Shown: positions 35,293 to 45,692 of the stretch, in pieces | How the letters are laid out: the number at the start of each line of letters is the position of its first letter | Position numbering within the stretch: the stretch's first letter is position 1 | Assembly: GCA_016179225.1 (NCBI GenBank) | Contig: JACORV010000039.1 | Coordinates: 1 to 49,920 of the forward strand | Direction: 5' to 3' | Origin: Gemmatimonadota bacterium | GTDB taxonomy: Bacteria; Gemmatimonadota; Gemmatimonadetes; Gemmatimonadales; JACORV01 | DNA length: 49,920 bases | Program-made: the position numbers and the translations under genes | Notes under the pieces: model-generated | Seen by the model: the letters and a program-made list of their open reading frames with translations, nothing else | Told to the model about the DNA's origin: nothing | Databases searched by the model: none

Positions 35293-36429
35293 TCACAAGT
35301 GACTGGACGGTGGGAGGTTAAGCTCGAAGAAGAACCGCGTGCCCCAGTCTGGGCGTGTCTCGAGCTTGAGCTCGGAGCCCATGGCCTGCACGAGCTTCCT
35401 ACACATCGCCAAGCCCAGTCCGGTGCCGGAGAAGTAGTACCCGCTCCGGCCGGCGCGCCCGCGCGTGCGCCGGAACGGCTGGTACAGGTTGGCGAGCGCA
35501 TCGGAGCTGATCCCGTGACCGGTGTCCCGCACGGCGAACTCGATCACCGAGAGTCCCTTGGCCTGCGCGGCGATCTCGACGTACCCCTCGTCCGTGAACT
35601 TCAGCGCGTTCGTGGTGAGGTTGAGCAGGACGCGGCTCAGGGCCAGCGACCGTCCCATGCGGTTGTCCGAGGCCGGCGGCACGAGGCGCAGGGTGAGGCC
35701 CTTTTCCTCGGCGATGAGCCGGACCATGTCGCGCACCGCCTCGAGGATGGCCGTCACCGAGAACGCCGAAGGATCCTTCTCCACCAGCTGGTCGCCGCCG
35801 CGGGCCAGTTCGATCACGTCGCTAGCCATCGAGCTCAGCCCCAGCGCGGCGGCGTAGATGAGGCCCAGCTGGCGCCGCTGGACGTCGTTCACCTCGCCGC
35901 TCTGGCCGCGCTGCAGCGTTTCGGCGAGAAACAGCACCGAGGTGAGCGGCGAGCGGAGGTCGTGCGCCACCTCCACGACGAGATCCAGCCCGTCGGGCCC
36001 GGAGAGCCGCGAGCCGAAGTACTGCGCCCAGTCGGGCTCGATCGCCGCGCGCACCACGTCGATCGCGTTCATCGTGGCGAGCGCGTGCCCCATCTCTGGC
36101 GATTCTCCGCCCTGGCCCCAAGCCCTGAGGGTCTCGGTGCGCAGCAGCGTCAGCAGGTGGCGGCCGAGCACGGTGGCGGCCGGCCCGTTGCCCGGGACGG
36201 CCCCGCCGTCGCGGACCGCGTTGACGGCCGTGACGAGCCACTGGAGCACCTCCGTGGCCTCCGACGTCGTCAGCGCGTCGCCGCGGTCGTTCTGCCAGCT
36301 GGCGATGACTCGGCTGGCGGCCTCCTGCACGTCGGGGCACGGCTCGGGGCGGCCGGGCTCGGCTCCCACCGCGGCGAGGATTCGGGCCCCTTTCTCCCGC
36401 TCCGGCATCCTTAGCTCGGGGACGCTCAT
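35293..36429 (-). CDS. Soluble sensor histidine kinase (HisKA + HATPase_c, no TM segment)
   Basis: Starts at MSVPELRM (ATG 36429, ATGA overlap with the regulator stop). H-box VAHDLRSPLTSV, N-box LLNLTTNALKFT, G-boxes DTGHGI and GTGLGL. The longer ORF extending to 36801 overlaps the regulator gene. Confidence 0.85.
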   Translation of the reverse strand: MSVPELRMPEREKGARILAAVGAEPGRPEPCPDVQEAASRVIASWQNDRGDALTTSEATEVLQWLVTAVNAVRDGGAVPGNGPAATVLGRHLLTLLRTETLRAWGQGGESPEMGHALATMNAIDVVRAAIEPDWAQYFGSRLSGPDGLDLVVEVAHDLRSPLTSVLFLAETLQRGQSGEVNDVQRRQLGLIYAAALGLSSMASDVIELARGGDQLVEKDPSAFSVTAILEAVRDMVRLIAEEKGLTLRLVPPASDNRMGRSLALSRVLLNLTTNALKFTDEGYVEIAAQAKGLSVIEFAVRDTGHGISSDALANLYQPFRRTRGRAGRSGYYFSGTGLGLAMCRKLVQAMGSELKLETRPDWGTRFFFELNLPPSSHL

Positions 36430-37964
36430 GCTTCCTGGGGAAGGACCGTGATCGTCTCCCGCTGGAGCCCGTGGCGCTCCATCAGGCGGTACAGCGTGGT
36501 GCGATCGACGCCCGCCACGCGCGCCGCTTTCGACATGTTGCCCCCGACGCGGTTGACCAGCCAGGTGAGATATCGGCGCTCGAACGACGCGATTACGCGC
36601 TCGCGCGCCGCGTGGTAGCTCTCCTCCACGATCCCTTCGCCCGGGAAGAGCATCACGCTGTCGGCCAGCGGCACGCCTTTCTGGTCCCCGATGAACGGTA
36701 TGTCGTCGGGCTGGATCACCTGGCCGGACTCGAGGAGGACGACGGCGTGCTCGAGCGCGTTCTGCAGCTCGCGCACGTTGCCCTGCCAGGGATGATTGCA
36801 CAGCGCGCGGATCGCGGCGTCGGACAGCTGCGGTAAGGCGGCGCCCGGTTCCCGGTGCCGCTTCCAGTAATAGCGCAAGAAGTGGTTCGCGAGCAGCGTG
36901 ACGTCCTCGAGTCGCTCGCGCAGCGACGGCAAATGGATCGGTACCACGCGCAGGCGATAGTACAGGTCCTCGCGGAGCGCTCCCGACTTGGTGGCCTCCT
37001 CCGGATCGCGGTTGGAGGCCGCGATGAAGCGAACGTTCACCACCGCGTTGGTGGTCGAGCTGCCCAGCCGCCGGACCACGCCGTCCTGGATCACGCGAAG
37101 CAGCTTCGCCTGGACCGACTTGGGCATCTCGACGAGCTCGTCAAGGAACAGCGTGCCGCCGTTGGCCGCCTCGAGCAGGCCGGGCTTGTCGCGGATCGCG
37201 CCCGTGAACGCGCCTTTGACGTGCCCGAACATCTCCGATTCGAGCAGCGCCTCGGGGAGCGCGGCGCAGTTGACCGCCACCATCGGACGGCTGCTGCGCC
37301 GGCTGTGCTGATGGATGAACTGGGCGATCAGCTCCTTGCCCGTGCCGCTCTCGCCGGTGATGAAGACCGAGGCGTCGGTCGTCGCGACCTTACGCGCGAG
37401 GTCGATGGCCTTCCGGAAGGCGGGCGAGAGGCCGAGGACCGTGATCTTCTCGCTGGTGCTGTCACGCTCCTCCAGCTCGGCGCGCTGCGCACCCGACTCG
37501 CGCGCCACGACCACCGCGTGCGCGGCGCGGCCCACCAGGATCTGGAGATGCGTCGCCGAGAACGGCTTCGGGAGGTAGTCCCACGCGCCGGCCCGTAGCG
37601 CCTCGATGTTCGACGCGACGCTGGGGTTGCCAGTCATCACGATGACGATCGTGCCCGGATGCGCGGCGAGCGCGGCCTGGAGCAACTCCATTCCACCGAC
37701 ATCCGTCATGTAGAGGTCGGTCAGGACGATGTCGAACGGACGGCGCCGCACCAGGTCGAGCGCGTCGGTCCCCCGACCGCAGACCTCGACCCGGTAGCCT
37801 TCGACCTCGAGGACGCTCTTGCAGCTCTCCCGCAACGTCCGCTCGTCGTCGATGACGAGGAGGCGCAGGTTTGCCCGCACCTCAGGGGTGATCGCGAGGC
37901 TTTCCGAGACTGTCGCACCTGCGGGGGTGTCACGCGACTCCGGTGCGTGTACCGGCGAACGCAT
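36426..37964 (-). CDS. Sigma-54-dependent response regulator (NtrC/PrsR-like enhancer-binding protein)
   Basis: REC domain (LLVIDDE...DIVLTDLYM...KPF), AAA+ domain with [14 protein letters not shown] and LFLDE, and a C-terminal Fis-type HTH ([18 protein letters not shown]). Confidence 0.9.
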   Translation of the reverse strand: MRSPVHAPESRDTPAGATVSESLAITPEVRANLRLLVIDDERTLRESCKSVLEVEGYRVEVCGRGTDALDLVRRRPFDIVLTDLYMTDVGGMELLQAALAAHPGTIVIVMTGNPSVASNIEALRAGAWDYLPKPFSATHLQILVGRAAHAVVVARESGAQRAELEERDSTSEKITVLGLSPAFRKAIDLARKVATTDASVFITGESGTGKELIAQFIHQHSRRSSRPMVAVNCAALPEALLESEMFGHVKGAFTGAIRDKPGLLEAANGGTLFLDELVEMPKSVQAKLLRVIQDGVVRRLGSSTTNAVVNVRFIAASNRDPEEATKSGALREDLYYRLRVVPIHLPSLRERLEDVTLLANHFLRYYWKRHREPGAALPQLSDAAIRALCNHPWQGNVRELQNALEHAVVLLESGQVIQPDDIPFIGDQKGVPLADSVMLFPGEGIVEESYHAARERVIASFERRYLTWLVNRVGGNMSKAARVAGVDRTTLYRLMERHGLQRETITVLPQEA

Positions 37965-38053
37965 CGAGCGACCTCCAACGTGTCCCTATGCTGCGATAAA
38001 ACTGGAAGCCCTACGAATATCCGACAACGGAACGCATGTCAACAGCTTTCGTT

Positions 38054-38111
38054 GTGTCGGTGCGACAGGTGACCCGACACAGTCGGCGACTGTTGTATTG
38101 GTGCAACAGTC
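38054..38111. promoter_or_regulatory. Two perfect inverted repeats, candidate enhancer (UAS) sites
   Basis: GTGTCGG-N13-CCGACAC (38054..38080) and GACTGTTG-N8-CAACAGTC (38088..38111), centred about 90-130 bp upstream of the 38186 promoter. Confidence 0.3.
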
Positions 38112-38185
38112 CCATATACCACCACTTCGGGGTAACAGCAAGTGTCCATCAGATGAGCCAGGGGTGCCGTGGCCCGGAAAGTGTA

Positions 38186-38201
38186 TGGTACCGAGCTTGC
38201 T
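38186..38201 (+). promoter_or_regulatory. Candidate sigma-54 promoter for the Wzc-like gene
   Basis: TGGTAC-cgagc-TTGCT has GG and GC at the canonical spacing. The GC element lies 83 nt upstream of ATG 38283. Confidence 0.5.
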
Positions 38202-38282
38202 GCTTATATTCATCGTTTGGGGAAGACCGTAGCCCCAGGCGCGACCGCCGCCTGGTTACTGTGAGGAGAACCGCGCACCTCG

Positions 38283-40718
38283 ATGTCCAGCAATCTGCCA
38301 TCGGACCACGACCCACTTCATCGGGAGGCGCTCGTCCGGCCCGAGGCAGCGGGCACCCACGCCCTGGCCGCGCCACTCCCGCCTGAGGAGGACGAGGGCG
38401 CGGGACTCGATGTCCGGCGGTACTTGGCGGCGCTGCTGCGCTACAAGTGGATGCTGATCCTCGCGTCCATTCTGGGCGCGGCGGCAGGATTCGTGATCGC
38501 GCGGATCCAGGATCCGGTGTTCCAGTCCGCGTCGACCATCTGGGTCGAGTCGTCCGGCGGCGAACGTGGCAGCGGTCGCGAGCAGGGACCCATCTCGACG
38601 GGAGCGCTCTTCTCGGCCCAGGGGTGGGTGGACCTGCTCAAGTCCAACGCGGTGATGGAGCCGGTGGCCCGCCTGCAGCGGCTGTATCTGTTGCCCAGGC
38701 CCCCCGCGGACTCCGTCGCGCTCACGGCGTTTCGGGTGAAAGACACGTACCAGCCGGGCATCTACCGGCTCGTCATGCACCCGAATTTGCCGCGGTTCGT
38801 CTTGTATCGCGGTGAGCTGGAGGTCCAGCGCGGCCAGCCCGGCGACTCGGTCGGCAACACTGTCGGGTTCGAGTGGGTCCCCTCGGTCACGGTGCTGCGT
38901 CCCGGGCGGACCATCGAGTTCGCGGTGATGCGCATGCGGAGCGCCGCCGTGGCGCTCAGCCGCCGGATGGAAGCGACGGTACCGAGGACCGGCAACTCCA
39001 TCAAGATCACGCTCACCGGGACGAGTCCCGGCTCGACCGTCGCGCAGCTGAACGCGATCACGGAGCGGTTCGTCAACCTCGCGGCGGAGCTCAAGCGCGA
39101 GAAGTCGACGGAGCTCAAGAACATCCTGCAGGAGCAACTCGAGGCATCGGCGACGAACCTGCACCGGGCCGAGGCCGAGCTCGAGGGCTTCCGCGTCAGC
39201 ACGATCACGCTCCCGTCGGAGCCGTCGTCCCCGCTTGCCCCCGGCCTCCAGATCACGCGCAGCCCGGTGTTCGACGCGTTCTTCGCGATGAAGGTCGAGC
39301 GCGACCAGCTGCGGCGCGATCGCGAGAGCCTGGCGCGCGCGCTCGCGGAGCGCGGCGACTCGGGGTTCTCGGCGCTGGATCTCCAGGGCATCGCCTCCAC
39401 GCGCGGCGCGAGTGAACTGCAGGCGGCACTGCAGACGATGACGACGAAGCAGGTGGAGCTTCGCGTCATGCGGGCGCGCTACACCGAGGAGTACGAGCCG
39501 GCGCGGCGCCTGGCCGCCGAGATCGCCACCCTCCAGCGCCAGACCATTCCATCGCTGGTGCGGCAGCTGGTCGCGCAGGTCCAGCAGAGCGAGCGCGACC
39601 TGGACGGCCGGATCGAGGCCCAGTCGCGCGACATGCGCCAGATCCCGACGCGCACGATCGAGGAGGCCCGCCTCCAGCGTGACGTGGAGATCGCGTCGCA
39701 GCTCTACACGACCATCCAGGCGCGTTACGAGGAAACGCGGCTCGCCGAGGTGAGCACCAAGGCGGACATCCGCATCCTAGATCCCGCCTCGCCGGCCGAC
39801 GCCCCGATCAAGCGCACGGCGCTCCTCCTCCTGGCCGGTGGCCTGGTTGGTGGGTTCGGGCTCGCAGCCATGGGCGCGCTGATGCTGGACCGCTTCGACC
39901 GGCGGGTGCGCTACCCCGAGCAGGTGACCAAAGAGATGGGCCTCGCGATGCTGGGCACGATCCCGCGCGCCGCGAACGGCAGCAAGCCGCCAACCGAGGA
40001 CGACGCGGCGCAGGTCGTGGAGGCGCTGCGGAGCCTGCGGCTCAACCTTGTGCACGCGCATGGGACCGCCGGGCCTCTGATCGTGACGATCACGAGCCCG
40101 GGCTCGGGCGACGGGAAGTCCTTCATCGCGTCCAACCTGGCGCTGGCGTTCGCGGATGCCGGCTACCGGACGCTACTGATCGACGGCGACATCCGCCGCG
40201 GGGCGCTGCACCGGATCATGAGCGCCAACCGGAAACCCGGCCTGCTCGACCACCTGAGCGGCCAGGCGACGCGCGAGGAGATCGTCCAGACGACGAACAT
40301 CCCGTCGGTGGACTTCCTCGGCTGCGGGACACGGAAGGCGGGTGGCCCGGAGCTCCTGGCCTCGGCCGCGATGTCGCAGCTCCTGATCAGCCTGCGGACG
40401 TCCTACAACGTGATCCTGGTGGACAGTGCGCCGCTGGGCGCGGGCGTGGACCCGCTGGTGCTCGGCTCTCTCACCGGCAGCATGCTGCTGGTGTTGCGCA
40501 CGGGCGTCACCGATCGCGAGCTCGCGGAAATGAAGCTGCACCAGGTGGACCGCCTGCCGATCCGTCTCCTGGGCGCGGTGCTCAATGACGTGCAGCCGTC
40601 GGGGGTCTATCGCTACTACTCGTACCTGTCCGGCTACGGGGCGCACGACGAAGAAGAGAGCGTGGCCGCGACGGGAATCAAGCAGATTCGTGGGTGGGTG
40701 AAGCCCCGCAATAGCTAG
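38283..40718 (+). CDS. Polysaccharide co-polymerase / BY-kinase (Wzc/GumC-type chain-length determinant with a tyrosine autokinase domain)
   Basis: 811 aa with an N-terminal Wzz-type TM, a long coiled-coil and a second TM. Walker A SPGSGDGKS, A' LLIDGDIRRG, Walker B VILVDSAP. Tyr-rich tail VYRYYSYLSGYG. Confidence 0.9.
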   Translation: MSSNLPSDHDPLHREALVRPEAAGTHALAAPLPPEEDEGAGLDVRRYLAALLRYKWMLILASILGAAAGFVIARIQDPVFQSASTIWVESSGGERGSGREQGPISTGALFSAQGWVDLLKSNAVMEPVARLQRLYLLPRPPADSVALTAFRVKDTYQPGIYRLVMHPNLPRFVLYRGELEVQRGQPGDSVGNTVGFEWVPSVTVLRPGRTIEFAVMRMRSAAVALSRRMEATVPRTGNSIKITLTGTSPGSTVAQLNAITERFVNLAAELKREKSTELKNILQEQLEASATNLHRAEAELEGFRVSTITLPSEPSSPLAPGLQITRSPVFDAFFAMKVERDQLRRDRESLARALAERGDSGFSALDLQGIASTRGASELQAALQTMTTKQVELRVMRARYTEEYEPARRLAAEIATLQRQTIPSLVRQLVAQVQQSERDLDGRIEAQSRDMRQIPTRTIEEARLQRDVEIASQLYTTIQARYEETRLAEVSTKADIRILDPASPADAPIKRTALLLLAGGLVGGFGLAAMGALMLDRFDRRVRYPEQVTKEMGLAMLGTIPRAANGSKPPTEDDAAQVVEALRSLRLNLVHAHGTAGPLIVTITSPGSGDGKSFIASNLALAFADAGYRTLLIDGDIRRGALHRIMSANRKPGLLDHLSGQATREEIVQTTNIPSVDFLGCGTRKAGGPELLASAAMSQLLISLRTSYNVILVDSAPLGAGVDPLVLGSLTGSMLLVLRTGVTDRELAEMKLHQVDRLPIRLLGAVLNDVQPSGVYRYYSYLSGYGAHDEEESVAATGIKQIRGWVKPRNS

Positions 40719-41650
40719 TTGCTGAAGCGGGGCTCGAAGGGCCGAATCCAGCCGCCGTCGGATTCGGCCTGGGACGTCCGCATGGCGATCGTGGCCCGGA
40801 CCAGCATGTCCGCGGGCTCGATCGGCGCCTCGTGGTAGTTCGACACCGCATCGTACCCCGCACGCATCCTGAACTTCGTGCTCCCCTCGCCGGTGCCTTC
40901 GATCGTGCGCGCGAGGCGCTCGGCCAGCTTCACCGCCCCCTCCGCATCCGTGCCCTGCGCGATCACGGCGAATTCCGACGGTCCCAGGCGTCCGATCGCG
41001 TCGGACACGCGACCGCTGTCGCGCAGCGCCTTGGCCAGGCGCTCGGCCGCGGCCGACGCGGCCGCCTCCGCTTCTGCCGATTCCATCTCTTCCACTTCCA
41101 CATGCGGCGCAAAGACGACACAGGCGAACGGCGCGCTGTTGCGGAACGCCTGCGAGCCCAGCTCGCGGGCGCGCCGCGCCAGCCCTCGGATGTTGTAGAG
41201 GCCCGTGAGCTCGTCGAGGAGTCCTTCCTCACGCGCCCGATCGGCCTCAAACTTGGCACGCACGTACGCGTCGAGGCGGAGCTGCAGCTCCTCGCCGTCC
41301 AGCGGGCGCGTGAGGTAGTCCCACGCGCCGGCGCGCAGCGCATCGAGCCGCTGCTGCCGGTTGGGGTGACTAGCGCTCGTGACGAGGATCGGCGTGGACG
41401 CGCTGATGCGCGGATTGTCGCGCAGCGCACGACACACCTCCAGCCCGTCCATGTCCGGGAGGTCGGCGTCGACGATGATGACGTCCGGCTGGGCCCCGTG
41501 CGCGCGCTCTAGCGCCTGCTTGCCGGTGTACGCCCTGAGCACGGCGTATCCGTGCGGCCCGAGGATGCTTTCCAGCGATCGTGTGTGCCACTCCTGGCCA
41601 TTGGCGATGAGAACCAGGGGCGGATGGCTGCGCGGCGTCCGATCAGGCAT
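40715..41650 (-). CDS. Atypical receiver domain fused to a degenerate GGDEF domain
   Basis: I prefer ATG 41650 (MPDRTPRSHPPLVLIANGQEW); the ORF is open to 41722. DELTGLYNIRGL marks the GGDEF-domain start, and RLGPSEF replaces RxGGDEF. Confidence 0.75.
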   Translation of the reverse strand: MPDRTPRSHPPLVLIANGQEWHTRSLESILGPHGYAVLRAYTGKQALERAHGAQPDVIIVDADLPDMDGLEVCRALRDNPRISASTPILVTSASHPNRQQRLDALRAGAWDYLTRPLDGEELQLRLDAYVRAKFEADRAREEGLLDELTGLYNIRGLARRARELGSQAFRNSAPFACVVFAPHVEVEEMESAEAEAAASAAAERLAKALRDSGRVSDAIGRLGPSEFAVIAQGTDAEGAVKLAERLARTIEGTGEGSTKFRMRAGYDAVSNYHEAPIEPADMLVRATIAMRTSQAESDGGWIRPFEPRFSN

Positions 41651-42081
41651 CGATTTTCCCACGTCGAGTGTGGACCGAAAAAGTGCGAAGCTGTCTCGGT
41701 TTGTCCTCTGCGACCCGGTCAACCCGGACTGCGACGGCCATCCTGCACGATTGCAGGACTCGTGCGCCGACCGTTGGGTTTCATAAGCCTTTTGTCACCA
41801 ACGGCTTAAGTGCTCACAGGCCAGCGCGTCCGCAGCGCGAATCGCTGCGCCGGCTCTACAAAACCATTGTTTCTTGACGCGATGGCGCAACGCAACTGAA
41901 GCAGCGGAGGGCGCAGCCAGATGTTGATTGAGTCGCCGTAAGTCGTTGCCGAATAGGGGGGTGAGCCCGTAATCCGTCAAGCCCCGAAGGCGTTCGGCCT
42001 CAAATTTGAGATGGGGTTGAAGCGGCCTTCCGCGATGCGCTTCGATGCCGCCGCGCGGTAGGTCTTCGCAAGGGGAACGGC

Positions 42082-42321
42082 ATGGTTTGTGGACGCTGCG
42101 GTAACGACGTGGGGGAGGTGGCGATCGGGATCCGGAGGGGTGCCGGCCGCCAGCCGTGGAGGATCGACCGGCTGCGCGGGATCTTGTGCCCGCACTGCGG
42201 CGAGGTGCTCCACGCCATCGATACCACGGATCGTCTACTCGGAAAGCTGAGCCAACTGGCGCAGTTCGGCCTCAACGGCGATGGGCCGGTGCTGCTCGAG
42301 CCGATGCGGGAGGACTCCTAG
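42082..42321 (+). CDS. Small zinc-ribbon protein (hypothetical)
   Basis: 79 aa with an AAGGGGA SD 5 nt upstream. Two CxxC pairs (CGRC ... CPHC). It ends 3 nt before glmS. Confidence 0.5.
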   Translation: MVCGRCGNDVGEVAIGIRRGAGRQPWRIDRLRGILCPHCGEVLHAIDTTDRLLGKLSQLAQFGLNGDGPVLLEPMREDS

Positions 42322-42324
42322 GGG

Positions 42325-44151
<1,827 letters not shown>

Positions 44152-44190
44152 CGCGGCCCACTGGCGCGCCACTATCCTTCACCGGTCTCG

Positions 44191-44982
44191 ATGAAGACAC
44201 CCAGAGCCGCACTCCTCGCGGCCAGCTTTCTCTTTCTGCTCTCCGCCCGGGGAGCCGCCCAGCGGACCATCGATTCCGATCCCACTCGCGTGCTCGTCAC
44301 CCGACAGCAGCTCCAGGAGCAGCTGAACCAGCTGGAGCAGGCCGCCGAATCCGGCGTGTACAGCTCGGCGTTGCGGTCCCGCGCCCGGCACGAGGCGGAG
44401 CTGATCCGCACCCGCCTGGCCGAGGGGGACTTCCAGGTTGGCGACCGCCTCGTGCTGGCGGTCGAAGGGGAGCGGGCGCTGGGCGACACCTTCACCGTCG
44501 AGATTGGACGGGTCATTACCCTTACGAACATCGGCCCGATCCCGCTCGCCGGGGTGCTGCGTTCCGAGGCGAAGGACTACCTCCGGGAGCGGATCGCCCG
44601 TTACATCCGAGATCCGGTGGTGAGCGTCCGCTCGCTGATCCGGGTATCGATCCTCGGCGACGTCAACCGACCCGGCTTCTACACGATCCCCACCGAGGCG
44701 CTCGTTGAGGACGTGCTCATGGTGGCCGGCGGTCCAGCCCGGACGGCGAAGCTACTGGCCATCCGGATCGAGCGGGGGGAAAAGGAGCAGGTCTGGGAGG
44801 GCCAGGCGCTCCAGCAGGCCATCGCGGAGGGCCGCACGGTGGACGGGCTCAGCCTGCGCGCGGGGGACCGGTTCTTTGTGCCTCGCGAGGGCCGGGGCGC
44901 CGACCTCCAGTCGTGGGCGCGCACCTTCACGCTGGTGCTGGCCATCCCCGGCGCGATTTACGGTCTGCTCCGACTCTTCTGA
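44191..44982 (+). CDS. Polysaccharide export protein (Wza-like, Poly_export + SLBB)
   Basis: Signal peptide MKTPRAALLAASFLFLLSARGAAQ. Motifs GDRLVLAVEGE and VSILGDVNRPGFY. C-terminal hydrophobic helix. Confidence 0.8.
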   Translation: MKTPRAALLAASFLFLLSARGAAQRTIDSDPTRVLVTRQQLQEQLNQLEQAAESGVYSSALRSRARHEAELIRTRLAEGDFQVGDRLVLAVEGERALGDTFTVEIGRVITLTNIGPIPLAGVLRSEAKDYLRERIARYIRDPVVSVRSLIRVSILGDVNRPGFYTIPTEALVEDVLMVAGGPARTAKLLAIRIERGEKEQVWEGQALQQAIAEGRTVDGLSLRAGDRFFVPREGRGADLQSWARTFTLVLAIPGAIYGLLRLF

Positions 44983-45070
44983 GTAGGGTGAGACGGGGCT
45001 TCGGCCCTGTGGGTGAGGAACGCCGCAGCCTTCATTGACCCCCACCATCCAAGGGCCGATACTTCAGGCC

Positions 45071-45667
45071 ATGGACGAAATAGGCATCACGGCTGAGCCG
45101 GTCGACGACCAGCGCTGCAAGTTCGTCGTGAGCCGCCCGCTCTACACGGCCGGTGTGCGGCGCTTCAGCTCCATCGAGGATGCTCAGGGCTCGCCGCTGG
45201 CGGAGAACCTCTTCGCCATCGAGGGGGTGAGGGAGGTGATCGTCTCGGCCAACCTGGTCACCGTTGTGAAGGTCAATCCCGCGCCGTGGCAGGTCGTGGG
45301 GAGGGCGGTGGGTGCGGCGATCCGGTCGGCGCTGGCGTCGGAGCGGGAGCCGGTGGCGGTCAAGGCCGACGTGGCCGGCGCCGCGGATGACGACGCGCTC
45401 TACCAGCGCGTGGCGCAGGTGTTTGAGTCGCGCGTCAACCCCATGGTAGCCGGCCACGGCGGGCGCGTGGACCTGATCGACGTCCAGGACGCGACCGTCC
45501 TGCTGCGGATGGCGGGCGGGTGTCAGGGGTGCGGGATGGCCGACGTCACGCTGCGGCAGGGCATCGAGCAGATCCTCCGGCAGACCGTTCCCGAGGTCCG
45601 GGGCATCGTGGACGTCACCGACCACTCCTCGGGTGAGAACCCGTACTTCGCGTCGTCAAAGAAGTAG
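45071..45667 (+). CDS. Nfu/NifU-type Fe-S cluster assembly/carrier protein
   Basis: I prefer ATG 45071; the ORF is open from TTG 45035. C-terminal NifU domain VNPMVAGHGGRVDLIDV....MAGGCQGCGMA. Confidence 0.8.
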   Translation: MDEIGITAEPVDDQRCKFVVSRPLYTAGVRRFSSIEDAQGSPLAENLFAIEGVREVIVSANLVTVVKVNPAPWQVVGRAVGAAIRSALASEREPVAVKADVAGAADDDALYQRVAQVFESRVNPMVAGHGGRVDLIDVQDATVLLRMAGGCQGCGMADVTLRQGIEQILRQTVPEVRGIVDVTDHSSGENPYFASSKK

Positions 45668-45692
45668 CCCGGCCGCCGCGCCGAGGCCCGAG

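Noticed and set aside
35292-35303. Palindrome GTCACAAGTGAC overlapping the histidine-kinase stop codon
   Set aside because: It is short, occurs once and lies within coding sequence. It may be coincidental, and no partner site was found.
40715-40718. Convergent genes sharing the palindrome CTAG as both stop codons
   Set aside because: This is a real but trivial consequence of a TAG stop on both strands, and no functional implication can be supported.
42000-42324. A possible glmS ribozyme or riboswitch upstream of glmS
   Set aside because: A plausible small zinc-ribbon ORF with its own SD fills 42082..42321 and ends 3 nt before glmS. I could not recognise the conserved ribozyme core. An Rfam scan would settle this.
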